DNA of 64,000 nt from Camelus dromedarius (Eukaryota), in assembly GCF_036321535.1 (NCBI RefSeq), contig NC_087436.1, forward strand, positions 111,540,001-111,604,000. Reading direction: 5' to 3'. The notes below the pieces were generated by a model. It did not search any database. It saw only the letters and a program-made list of their open reading frames with translations, and was not told where the DNA came from. Positions 50,751 through 62,630 of this stretch are shown piece after piece (the first letter of the stretch is position 1; each line of letters starts with the position of its first letter). The translations under genes and the position numbers were made by a program.

Positions 50751-51869
50751 GAAATAGAGGAACTTGGATCTTAATCTAAATCCAGTGAAAGTCATCGGAG
50801 AAGTAAGTCCATTTCTTTCTTTTTTTTTTTCATCCCCCAACCCCAGCACATACTTGAACTAAATTTTAGCTCACAGATTTTCAGTTTGATCAAAATAATT
50901 CCAATAATAGAAAGATCATTTGAAAGTGAATATTTTTCTCTAAAGCTCCAGTGTAAAAAGGTAACCTTCTCCTTGACAACAGGCAAAGGGGTTTCTCACA
51001 ATTCTTTCATCAGACGGAACTTCAGAAACTAAGTTTATAGGTAAAGAAAGTCAGAAACACATGCAAAACTGCAGAGATGATGACTCTTAATTAGCTGCAT
51101 CAAATGACTCTTGGCATTCCTAATTTTCACCTTTTTGTAACAATTCAATTCATTCCAAGGTTTTACCAGAGTAGACAGGCATGAAATGAATTCTCCATGG
51201 TAGGTTACCGATGGCAAAGAAACTGCAAGCTTTGAAATGGCTGGAAGAAATCATGTGAGCCCTGGCTCTTGCTTTTCCCTAAACTCTGTGAAATATGTAC
51301 GCTGCATTATTTGGGAGAAATGAACAGTTTTGTGTTCTCTAAGCCTTATCTGAATTCCATCTTTTGCCCAAGCCCCGCTCTCACGAAGAGGGTATTTTCT
51401 TGGTGGGCGTGTAGCCTAGCAGATGAGAACGAGGAACTGGGACACCTGGGTGCTGGTTGGGTCCGGATGTGTGACAAGGATAATGATGGAGGGGTTTTTG
51501 GTTGACTGTATCTTCTCTGGGAATCAGTGGTGTGGTGGGATTGCCGTAACCAAATGTGCTGACCTTCCTCCTCTTGCATACTCTGGTATGCCCCATATGC
51601 TAGCCATGTGTTACTGTTTGTACTCTTCTCAAGAAGCCACACTATTTCCTCCCACTGGGTCTTTTAAAATGCACCATTCCTTCTTCCTGGCCTGTCCTTA
51701 CTCCACTTCTCTGTGCTTTAAAACCCAAAGCTTTCTCTACTAAGCTTTCTGTGCTGCACATAAACCTTGTATACCTCCTCAAATTTCTTGGACGTGCCCG
51801 CCCCCTTTTTAAAATGCTGCTGCACACTCTCTGGGTAATACCATCCCCTCCTTTGCCAGTGTCCTTATG

Positions 51870-52270
51870 AACTCCCTGAGCTGATTGGAATTCTAAATGA
51901 AGCCCCGCACCTGGATTTCCTTCATGCCTCACATGCCGAGCCCCTAGGGTTTCAGGCTTTTGAGACTGGGAGTCAACAGTTCCACTCTGGGATATGGGAT
52001 CTGGGTCCTTGATTGGTTGCTGAGGGGCTGGCAGATGTACAGAGTGGAGGAATCAACCTGCTGTGGGACGACCCTTCAGCAATGGAAGTCAGCAGATGAA
52101 AGAGAGGAGCCAGGTCCATAAATCTCAACTCCTTTTGCCCTTTCTTGGGTTGCTCAGAGATGTAGTTTCTCTTTGCAAACTTTCCAGAGAAATCCTTCCA
52201 GAAGCCTTGAGTCACCAGCTGTCTCTTTGTTGTCTGTTGTGAAGTGGTAGCTGCTGCAGTGCATTGTGCT
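51870..52270 (+). mobile_element. Probable ERVL LTR (LTR16-like)
   Basis: cttcagcaatggaagtcagcagatgaaagagaggagccagg...ttcttgggttgctcagagatgtagtttc...gctgcagtgcattg. Confidence 0.5.
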
Positions 52271-52367
52271 ACTAAGTATCTTTCCTTAGTGCATTTCCTC
52301 CTTATCCCCCAACCTTTATTCCCCTGGGCTTGAGCATCTTAAATAAAGTGGCAACGCTTTAATTCTT

Positions 52368-52543
52368 TTTTTAAAAATTGAAGTATAGTTGATTTACAAT
52401 ACTGTATTTGTTTCTGGTGCACAGCACAGTGATTCAGCTATATATATATATTTATTCTTTTTCATATTCTTTCCCATTACAGATTACTACAAGATATTGA
52501 ATATAGCTCCCTGTGCTATACGGTGGGGACTTGTTGCTTATCT
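52368..52543 (-). mobile_element. Young L1 3' end
   Basis: aattgaagtatagttgatttacaatactg...; 15-bp TSD aac(g/a)ctttaattctt at 52353-52367 and 52544-52558. Confidence 0.92.
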
Positions 52544-52616
52544 AACACTTTAATTCTTGCCTTGGGACCTTTCTGACTGTTTCCACTGGGCTTTGCCCAT
52601 ACCTCTACCGTGGGAG

Positions 52617-54843
52617 AGTAGAAGCTCTCGTAAACCATCTCCTCCTACCTGCTCCTGGATTGTCCAGTGCTTCTTGTTTCTTCTGTAAATCACACTCTGA
52701 ATGCTCATCACCAGCAGACTCCTTGCTGTAGTCTCATGTGCACTAATGCTTCCACCTGAATTTTATGCTTATCAAGAGTCACTTATATTTTCTCCAATTT
52801 TGTGTATGCAATGTTCTCTTGTTACTATAATCATGATGCAATTAAACATTACATAAGCCAATACATTAGGAATGCGAAAATAATAAAGAAGGTTGTTTCT
52901 ATGAAAAATCTAGTTAAATAATTTAGGTTTAAAGAACGCTGCTTTAAAAAGAACTAGAGTCAAATTATATGGTAAGATAATGGTAAAAGTTCTGGGGAAA
53001 CATTGTAGCACGTAGAAGGGGTCTATCATATAGCTTTCCAAGTGTATTTAAATTCTTGTTCTAAATTTAAATAAACCAACATTAATTATCAGAGTTCATT
53101 TATTATTGGTGTGGTTCATGCAAGAAAGAATTCACAGAATGCCAATTGGTGGACCAATATTACAGAAAATGGCTCTGTACCAGAAGATTGGCATCACTGA
53201 AACTTCAGGGCAGTTAATAGGTGACTTAAATGTAGGAAAAAGCCATGGTACTCATGCATTGGGCCCTAGAAGGCCCAAATAACCTACTAATTGATCTGCT
53301 GCTTACAAATTTACCACGAGTTAAAATCACTTATCAACAGGAACATTTTTATTAGGGAATAACTCTCCAATAAGGTTGAAACAGTTCTAAGTGATAAGAT
53401 GTTTTCCAGAAAACCATGGTGTAAAAGGTAAAGCCAGTGCTACGAGTATACACAAAATCCAAGCAAAGATTCTCGGCAGCCGCTGGTAGCAATGCAGGTG
53501 GAATTCCAAATTCTGATTTTTCATTACTGACAATAGAAAAAGTGTCCGAGATTTAAGAGATTAAATTGTTTGTTTTTACAAGATAAGTACTCTTCACAAA
53601 AATCAGCATAGACAGACTCTGAATTATTCTGTAAACTGATTTTCCCCACAAATGTACACATTCTGCAAAGAATCACTTGAAGAAAATAGACATCTAAAAA
53701 GCCTCTGCTTTCTTTACCAACATTTTTCAAATGATGGGTTTTGACTCTTGGTGGGTCATGAAATAAATTTACTGAATTGGGGAAAAGGATTTTTAAAAAT
53801 AAAATGAACTAGAATAAAACAGAATAGAAAATAGTGTGCATTGTATGTTGTAAATGTATTTCATGAAAATTTGTTTTATTATATGTGTGTGTATATGTGT
53901 AGTATGTGTGTGCCTGCGATATAAAATTTCTGTGATGTAAAATTTCTCATACCTTGTATTTCTGGCCAAAAGTTTGAAGACCTTTGGTCTAATCTAATTC
54001 TTCTTTGTGTTTTAGTTATGAATGTAAGGAAAGTGATTTAAATAAATGCCAGGTTTTTACAACATACTCCAACTTCTTTGTTCCAAGTTAGGGATCATGA
54101 GGCTATAAAAAGTTTTAAAAATAATTTTAGAGTTTCATTTCAAAAAAAATGGAAGACACGGATATTTAGGTTACATATAATGGCTAAAAATCATTGACAT
54201 TAAGGGAGATTTCCCTTTCAATTTAGTGGGGTGTGAAATTCCCAGCTCGATATTTACTAAATTTCAGAGAAGAGAAAAATGTTGCCTGAGGTTGACAACA
54301 TTGGAAAAATTCTGAACTACAAGAGATTAATTAAGAACATGGTTTAGTAACAGACCCCAGACAAACTGGAGGTTCCAATGATTTACAGGAAGATGATAAA
54401 TAACAATCAACTAGTGATTCTATTTATTGCAATATAATCTTAGTGTCAGGGATGAAATCCTTCAGGCCATGACAGAAATAGATAAATTAAAAAAATGACG
54501 AAGACAGGCAAAAGGAAGTATTATATCAAGTCTAGCCCAAATCTCAGCATGCAGAAGCCAGAGTTGCCCCAGGAGGAATTCTGTTTCATTCAATCGGTAG
54601 TCAACTATGTTATGACATATGAAAAATCCACATGCTTCAAAAACGTGTTTCAAGAACTGTGTTTCTTCTTCTAAACAAATTCCAAATATTGATTTTATTA
54701 AATGAATGAATATTTATATATTTTAAATTAAAGCAAAATATTGAAAGTTCCCATGTATCATTTTTATGAGTCTCATCTGTAATTGGTTTTCCATTTACAA
54801 GATCAATACTGGTCTTGGTGGTTTGCATAAGAAGGTGTCTGTG
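52617..54843 (+). mobile_element. Near-full-length TcMar-Tigger (pogo) transposon fossil, Tigger15a-like ends, decayed transposase
   Basis: Collinear decayed motifs: KKVVSMK (~52886), VWFMQERIHRMPIGGPILQKMAL (~53109; CENP-B HTH), LSNKVETVLSDKMFSRK (~53363; YNADETGL-like), QRFSAAAGSNAGG (~53464), LQDKYSSQKSA*TDSELF (~53576; QKSAWMD-like), INARFLQHTPTSLFQVRDHEAIKSFKNNFR (~54042; FLPPNTTSLIQPMDQGVI-like). Ends approximate. Confidence 0.82.
53719..53987. mobile_element. hAT-Charlie-type MITE nested in the Tigger fossil
   Basis: Starts ttttcaaa...gtgggtcatgaaataaattt, ends caaaagtttgaagacctttg (terminal inverted-repeat remnants); transposase motifs resume immediately after it. Confidence 0.65.
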
Positions 54844-54894
54844 GCCATCGTTTATCTTTCTATCTTTCATGCCAGGGCCTAGTGTCAGTCAAGT

Positions 54895-55112
54895 GGACAG
54901 TTTCTGGATTCAGACCTCTTGGGTTGGACCCTAAATCTCATACTATCCACTAATAAGACCTGGGAAGTGCAATTCCGTCTCTCTGAGCCTGAGTTCTCCC
55001 GTTGGAAGGATGGGGCTGGGATATCACTTGATTTCATTAGATTCAAGCTCAGCTAAGGCATGGAAAGCCTTAAGCATAGGGTCAGGTACACAGTAAATAC
55101 TCAGCAATGATA
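54895..55112 (+). mobile_element. MIR SINE
   Basis: tctggattcagacc...gacctgggaagt...tctctctgagcctgagttctc...ggtacacagtaaatactcagcaatg. Confidence 0.7.
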
Positions 55113-55744
55113 GTTTTCACCACTGGGATGCCTTAAATTTACCATAAATATAAATGGTGTTGTTTTTTATAATTTCAGAATGTTTTTCCAGCATAGATTT
55201 CAGATTGGCTGGCATGGCAATTATTTTTATCACCCTCTAAATCTTTAGGAGCTTTCTCAGAATAGTAACAGATAAAAATGGTGACATTAGCTTATAGTTT
55301 GATGGCTTTTATAACTTTTAAATTTGACGTGAGTGGCATGATAGGCCTCATTTCCCAAGTTTCATAGGTTAGGACTGTAAGACTCAGAGAGGCTAATTTA
55401 CCCACTCCAGGCCACCCAGCTCATGGATGGGAAGAGGGGACTGACACCAAGCCCGGTTCTCTTGTCACGTGCACAGTCCTCTGCGTGAGCCAACGTCGAC
55501 CGCGCCGCATGGTGAAGCAGCCTTCCCTGAGAACTGGGAAACTGGTCCAACTCAGAGGAATCTCATTAGCACTTCTCAAAGCTTTACTCTGACTGCATTT
55601 TAAGTTGTATAATTTTTCTGGATCTGGATCTCAAATGGATGCTGGCTATTGGCAAGGATTGTATTTCATTAGGGTGGAATTTTCCTCATACCGTGATTCA
55701 AAGTGTACTAAGAGACTAGAGAAAAAGGAAAAACCAAAACCTTT

Positions 55745-56190
55745 AAAATAAAAGGCATTTTGAGAGCCTCCTGTTATTTGACTTACACAAATAATGGCAA
55801 TGATTCACAAAGTTCATTATCTAGTTCCTTCAAGACCCAAGGATTCATGCCATCTGGACCTCTTGATTGATTTCTGTTCAGTTTCTCCACGAAGCCCCTT
55901 GCCTCTTTTTTTGCCACATCTGAAATAAATTTTTGGGCTTCTCTTATTGTCCATATACACAACAGTTCCAAACTTAAAAAAATATATACTTAAAGAAAGG
56001 ATTTCAGTAGCTTGGAAATTTGCAATGTTAGTAATATCAGGTACTTTTTGTCTTAATATGTATTTTTTAATCACATCTAATTTTTCTACACTGTTGGCTG
56101 GGGTCAAAGCATTCACATTTTTTACTGTGTTATTTGCTTTCCCCATTCTTCCTAGATTTAGGAGCCTTAATTTTATTCCTTTCTCCATTT
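55745..56190 (-). mobile_element. Ancient CR1/L3 LINE ORF2 fragment (region upstream of the RT core)
   Basis: Peptide EKLNRNQSRGPDGMNPWVLKELDNELCESLPLF matches the CR1 motif KSxGPDGIHPRVLKELADxIAEPLSIIF. Confidence 0.8.
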
Positions 56191-56366
56191 TATTAGACTC
56201 ACATTCACCCTTAAAAGAATCAAAACCTTATCCAGAAACAACTTGTTGGCTTCTTCCTAGAATTTATGGTTTTAGGGAGAGCAGCAAAATGATTTAATAA
56301 AATAGAAGTTCCTTTTTAAAAGTATTTTTTTCCATTTCTTTTCCATCTTCCACATGTGTATACGTA

Positions 56367-56508
56367 TTTTATTAATTTAAAAATTTTACAGGGGGAGGTA
56401 TTTAGGCTTTAATTAATTTATTAATTTATTAATGGAGGTACTGGGGATTGAACCCAGGACCTTGTGCATGCTAAGCATGTGCTCTACCGTGAGCTATGTC
56501 CTCCCTCC
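56367..56508 (-). mobile_element. tRNA-derived SINE, Vic-1-like
   Basis: atggaggtactggggattgaacccaggaccttgtgcatgctaagcatgtgctctacc is the reverse complement of the SINE head. Confidence 0.9.
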
Positions 56509-57139
56509 TAATCAAATTATTTTTTAATTTTTATTTTTCCTCAAACTATAGCATGAAACCAAGAAGAGCTGGGTTTTAACCCCCAGCTCTTTCTTCATCT
56601 GGTGCATTTTTAGGGCCCTAGAAGGACAAATACTTCTAGGAGGAAGTTTCCCATGCCCTTCCCATGGTTTGGGGTGGCCTGCATTCCTTCCTCATGTTCT
56701 AGAATAATCCCTCACATATGGCTCTGTTGGGGAGTGGTGAGGGAAAGTCAGGGTCAAGATAAACACGTGGAGGAAGGAGTGGGAGGATTTGGACAAGATT
56801 ATTTCTCTCAATAGCACATAATTGTGTTATACAAAGAAACTAACGTTCAGGACTTGGGGATGACTGAAGTCCAGAAGAGAAGTAGTTAGAGCTTAAAGTA
56901 AAAAAACCCATTGATTTTCTAGAATAAAACTCCCCCAAATCTTAAAGACTTAGGCAGTTTAGAGACCCTAAACCATTCAGGGTTCACTTATTTGCAGCTG
57001 TTAACTTACGGATTAATACCTGTCTTGCAAACACACAAAGCAGTCTTTTCTGGAAGATGAGTTATCCTTCCTGCAACGGTAGACATTAACTACTCTAGTT
57101 GTACCTACGGGGCCTTTGAACACCCTTCATCTATTTGAA

Positions 57140-57520
57140 AATTCCACTCTGTGAAGTCCATTCCTCCCAAAATGGAAGCCAGAATTCTCCTGCTCAGTCT
57201 CCCTTGCAGCTTCGGGATGCTCATGGGAGTACGAGTAGACTATTCCCGGACTGCATGTCCATTAGAAGCTAGTGACACCGGAGAGGCAGGGTCCACAAGA
57301 GTCCACGCTGTGAAGATGGCACAGACACAGCCAGGATTCCGGGGCTGGAGGGCAGAGGTCCTGGTGGTGTCAGGGGCTGGGGGTCAGTGTTACAAACTAC
57401 AGTGCGATCTTATCGGCTTTAAAGCTGCAGGGTGGGGTGGGGGGTTTACAAAACCATTTGGGATCCTGGAGATGTGGCTTTTGCCCTTGGTTTCCACATC
57501 CATATAAATGGAGATGCTCC
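57140..57520 (+). mobile_element. Probable old LTR fragment (ERVL/MaLR class)
   Basis: gaagccagaattctcctgctcagtctcccttgcagct...ccattagaagct pattern typical of old ERVL/MaLR LTRs; family uncertain. Confidence 0.45.
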
Positions 57521-57929
57521 CAACCTCATGACATGACTGTGAGGATGAAGTGGTGATGGACGTGAGAACACCTAGCACTTGATCTCTCCAATGGCCAAGA
57601 CTATGTCCATTCCCTTCCTTTCCCTGCAGTCTCTGTTTCATTCCTCCCTCCAGGGTCATGTGCTAGTGGTCTCACAGATCCAAGGATGCTGAGCTGATGG
57701 ATACGATTCTCCCAGCTGTAAGTCCCCAGTCCTAAGGCAACGCAAAGGTGGGGCTTACAGCCAGCCTAAGGAGTGAGGAGAAGAGGCAGGAAGGGGGCTT
57801 CCGGGCAGAGGCAGCTGCAACAGCAGAACGCAGGGCTCCCAACCCTGTGGCTGTGAGAGAGGAATGGGGCCACCACCAGTTTGCTGTAGGGCACATGGCA
57901 GGTTTGCATTTCTGCCATCTGTTTTGATG

Positions 57930-58240
57930 TCTCACAAACACATTAACATGGAAAGTTGTTTACAACATGTTATTAAATGATAAAAGCAGATTACAGAGCA
58001 GTAAATGCAATATGAACCCATTTTTGTATAGTATATATGTGCAGGCATATAAATATGTGTGTATTATGTGTATATAAAGAATATATACACATATGTAAAA
58101 ATCTGGAAGAGGATACATCAGTTTTAAAAATACCTAATTCTAGGTTGTGAGATCACAGGTGATGTATTTTAAAAAATCTTTTTAATTACCTGTATTTGAT
58201 TTTTTTTAAATGAACATGTATTATTTCTGTAATAAAAATG
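57930..58240 (+). mobile_element. Old L1ME-like 3' end
   Basis: atgttattaaatgataaaagcagattacaga...tatgaacccattttt...aaaatctggaagaggatacatca...aatgaacatgtattatttctgtaataaaa. Confidence 0.65.
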
Positions 58241-60019
58241 AAAATCAAAAGAGAGAAAAGACATTGTGTCACATGACGATTATTTCACCATTTATCTATT
58301 TTTGGATATTAGGTGGTTTCCAGTTTTTATTTATTATTAAAAAATGCTGACTTAAATGAAGTAGAGTTTTGTTTGTTTATTTGTTTTTTCTTAGAAAGGC
58401 ATCTTTGATTACTTGAGTGACTCAGTGTGACTGTTTTTAATTTTGTGTTTGTCTTTCTTTTTCAATATATTTTTAAGGAACATTCACATTCCCTCTTTTC
58501 TACCTCTTTATAAAATGTCCTCGTGTTTCCAAAATAGATTGAGTGCTAAGGCAAATTGGAATTCTGATTTTCTGGACATTCGTGAAATGAGATAATCAAG
58601 CCAAATTGCAAATGGGATGCAGGTGGTGTTGCGTGCGCTCTCCATCCTTAAGAAAAAAAAGGATACTTCACATAAAAACTAAAGGTGAAAAGCCCGAATG
58701 GAAAAGGCTCTTTAAAATATCAGACATCTTACATTTTCTCACTTGATCATCGAAACAAAACCAAACTAAATCAGAAAGAACATTTCTTTACTGCACGTTC
58801 GTTGTGCCAACACATTCTTTTATATTAAAAATGAAAAGACCTTAAAATACCCTAACAGATAGCAAAGCCTCAGAGAGCAAGTTTACATGCAGGGCTGGAG
58901 ATATTCATTAAAATTGTAATTAGACTCACGATTAAATTCATTCACAGTAGAAACTTTGCTTGTAAGTGTTGCTACAGGAGGAAACCTCCAGTCTGAAAAT
59001 TAGTTCAGCAGTCTGAGCGATTTTAATTATGCAGAGTTGATTATCACTAGAGAAGGAAACCTTTATTGCAGCAACAGAATGAAGATCTTTTTGGCCCCCT
59101 TTTTTTCTGGTTTCCTGAGCTAATATGAGGTGCATATTTTGATAACCAAATGCTTCTCTAGGCAGAGAAAATGTGAGAAAATGTGCACAGCAGGAGAGCA
59201 GAAGTTATAAAATGTCTGCCGATAGATAAGATACACAATGCCACGCTCAAGGTCTTCTTTTCATTTTAAGTGGATCTCATCATTGGGATAAGGGAAAGGC
59301 AAAGGGACAGAAATAGGATTTATTTAACATCTACTACGTGCTATCGTTTCTGATGTCAGTTCCTTTTTCCGAGGTCCCCCTTTATATTACTATTTCCATT
59401 TTATGTACAAAGAAACTGACAATCAGGGAAATCAAGTGACTCTCATAGAAAGGGGGCTGAATGCTCAGTTCGACCCCAAAGCCTGCCTCTTTTCACTCTG
59501 TCATTAGGAGGAAGAAATCCAACAGGGACTTTCAAAGGTCCTCTTCCTCATTTAAGTGTATGCTCTCACATGCTGTGTTTCCTTTTGTGCGGTCACGCAC
59601 TATCTTGGCAAATGCCTGTGCCCCACCCAACTCCGCCCCACCCAACCAGCCAGTCTAAGTGGGGCTGAGGGCAAAGCTTCTACAGATCTGACTCTGCTTC
59701 TGTCTTTGTCTAAGAGCTCAGAGGCTGCAAGGCTGTTGAGTGCTGGGTACAGTGGAAAGGGGCTGGAAGTTCATTCAGGAAATCTGATTTCTGCTCCTAG
59801 ATCACCCACCTAAGAGCTGTGTGATTTGGCAAAAGTTGTTTTGCCTCTCTGGGGTTCCATTTCTCCTTGTCAACTTAGCAAAACGTGGGCTTGACAATGC
59901 TGGAAGCTCTCATAGCAGTAATGTCCCAGGATTCCCTGTTGGTGACATTAGGTTTTTAAAGCAGCCAAGGAAGGGGAGTGTCCCTCTTTTCCAGAACCTA
60001 AAGCCATGCTGAGCACTCA

Positions 60020-60260
60020 TATTTTTAAAAATAATTAGAACAAATGTCAAACAGTAGAGAGAAGAATACAATGAACTCTCATATACCTAGCCTGTAGATT
60101 TAAGTATTGTTTATATTTTTCCATGTTGATTGTACATCTTTGTCTTGAAATTTAAAGCAAATTACAGACATAATGTCATTTCAGCCATAAGTACTTCAGA
60201 ATTCATTTCTAAAAAGTAAAGGCTGTTTTCCTATATAAAGACACACAATTTTCACATCAA
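60020..60260 (-). mobile_element. Old L1M 3' fragment
   Basis: cagtagagagaagaatacaatgaactctcatatacc...tttaaagcaaattacagacataatgtcatttca...aagtacttcagaat. Confidence 0.6.
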
Positions 60261-62630
60261 TTTCAACTCCAACCTTTACCAGCTGGGTCAATTTATTAAT
60301 GTTTCTAAAGCTTAGGTGTCTCACTTCACTTTCTATTGCTGGCATCCCATGTAAGCAAAAGTTGGCATTCAGAGATGAATTCATGGGTCTGTCCTGCTAG
60401 GAATCACTTGGCATGAGGGATTTTGATCCGAGGAGAACAGAGCAGAGGTTTTTGCAAGTGCCTGCATGTGGAAAGGGAAATACGAAGCTTGTTTTAGAGG
60501 ATGGTCTTTAAGCTCAGCTTCAAGGCTGCTGTGTCTAAACTGGAAGTGATGATGGCCAGAAGCTGAGGAGATGTTTTCATCACAGCCCTGAAGGTTCATC
60601 TTTGGGGCCCAGAGTCAACGTGAGATGCCTGGTGAGTGGACCACCAGGGACCTTCTCCGCAATTCTGCATGGAGCTCAGCATGGCCATGGCGTAGTGAGG
60701 ACAGCAGAAAACAAGGCCTATTGTGACAATTTAAGAGCTGATAATTTGGAGAGTCCCACAGGGTAATATGCTTGGCAGGAATACCAGTTTTAGCCAGTAG
60801 AGGGGGCCTGAGATGATGTGCCAACTTCAAGGGTTTTCATGGAGTGCCTAGAGCTTGAGAAGGATGCTGTGGGCTTAGAGGAAACACTCCAGCATCCTAA
60901 AGATCCCATAGAAAGGACGCAGAAGGGCCTGCATGGTTTAAATGATAAGTATTAAAATTGGCTTGAGCCTATTTGCATTTACAGACTTGTGTGATGCTCT
61001 TGCTAGGGATAGATTTACAGGAGTTTGGCCAAAGGCAAAGAACTGCCTTGGGATTAAATAAAGTAAGGAAACTGTCTAACACGATACTTGGCACAAAGCA
61101 TCAGTGTAGCAATCATTATCTCCCTTATGTTTTGCTTTTGTCCCCATCTCCTTGGAGATATACCAGGTCTGCTTTCGAAGTCTAGCTCTTTGGGTAAGTG
61201 TTATCATTATTATGTTCGTATTTATTTATTTGGCTGAGTTTTCTACATAAGAACACAGTTTCTTATTGCCCTTTTGATTCTTTCCCACTGTTCTTAGAAA
61301 CAATGGCAATAACAGCTAAATCTGGGTAGCAGTCCATGAAAATCCCACAGCTGTAAATGAAACTAGGTGGCAAAAAAAAGGGTCCAAATTAAAGCGATAA
61401 ATGTACCCCTGCATTCTTGTTAATGCACAGATATCCAACCTGCATGACTTTCTCTTCTAGTCATGCAAGAGGCAAAGCTAATTTAGAAACACTCATGCTC
61501 TCTTGGTCACGCTGTTGACAAAAGGCTCAGAGCAAAAGCATAATACACCTTCCCTGAAAATAAACATGAAAAAGCCCTTAGGACGGGGAAAGCAAGGTCT
61601 ATAATTTGGTGCAAATTCTGTAGCCCGAATAAATCACATCTGTTATTTTCTTAGTCCCAGAGAAAGGCTAGGGTGTTCCTGGAATGGGACAATTGTTTAT
61701 ATCTGTTTCCCAAAGGGCCCTGATGATGCTGGGAAGTTGTGCTCTCTGTGGGACATTCAGGCAGAAATTGTCTGGTGAATATTAATGAGGGGAAAGGAGA
61801 ATTTCTTGTGGATCTGAATCCAGGTCCCATCCTTTGGCTTGAATGATACAATGGAGTCCACTGAAAGCACATTGCAAGTATAGTTTCTAAATTAGCATAA
61901 GAACTCTCTCATTTAGATTCTCTCACACTTTCTTTTCCTCTCAGGTGAGCTCCTGCCACCCTTTAAAATACAAATTCCATCTTGGCCCACCTTCTCCAGG
62001 GGAGCTGGCCACCCATCTTCCACAAAGCTTCTGCACTCTGTATTTAACTCTGTTAGGGCACCTGTCGTGTATGTTAATAGGGTTTTGTTTCATGCTTGTC
62101 CCTCACTGGAGAATCATCTCCTGGAGAGGAGGACCTCATTTTACTATCATTTTATTCCCCAAACTGAACTCAGTTCCTACCTGCAGAGTAATGTGTGTTA
62201 AATATTTGCTGAAGTGATTCATAGAATCTCAGGTTTGGAAGGAACTTTTTTTTGTCATCCTAGGAAACAAAATAGTGGGGCAGATGGCATCTGAGTCACA
62301 TACTCCCCTCACTTAGTAGAGGGGGTTGCAGGGCTGGTTCAGGATCGCACAGTGAAATAATGGCAAACAGAGGCCAGAATACAGAAGCTCTACAGTGTCC
62401 CAGGACATGATCTTCTGTGGAACACTTGAATGTTACCAGCTGCTTTGAGAAAAAATGGGTTGTATCTTCCAGTTAGTTGGCCAGGTTTCTTCATTGCAAA
62501 ACTTTCTTGTGAAGTTCCAAGACTGAGTTGTGGGATGCAGCATTTTCCAAATATATTTTCCCATGGAACTCTTTTCTCATTCCATCTCACTAAACTGGTG
62601 TTCTCCAAAACATACTTTGGAAAACACAGT

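Noticed and set aside
52860..54300. Processed pseudogene of JRK/JRKL/TIGD2
   Set aside because: No poly-A tail or long TSD seen and the flanks resemble transposon ends, so a DNA-transposon fossil is more parsimonious; not formally excluded without a search.
60793..60808. CTCF-like motif gccagtagagggggcc
   Set aside because: Mismatch at the conserved C of the GGC end; too weak to call.
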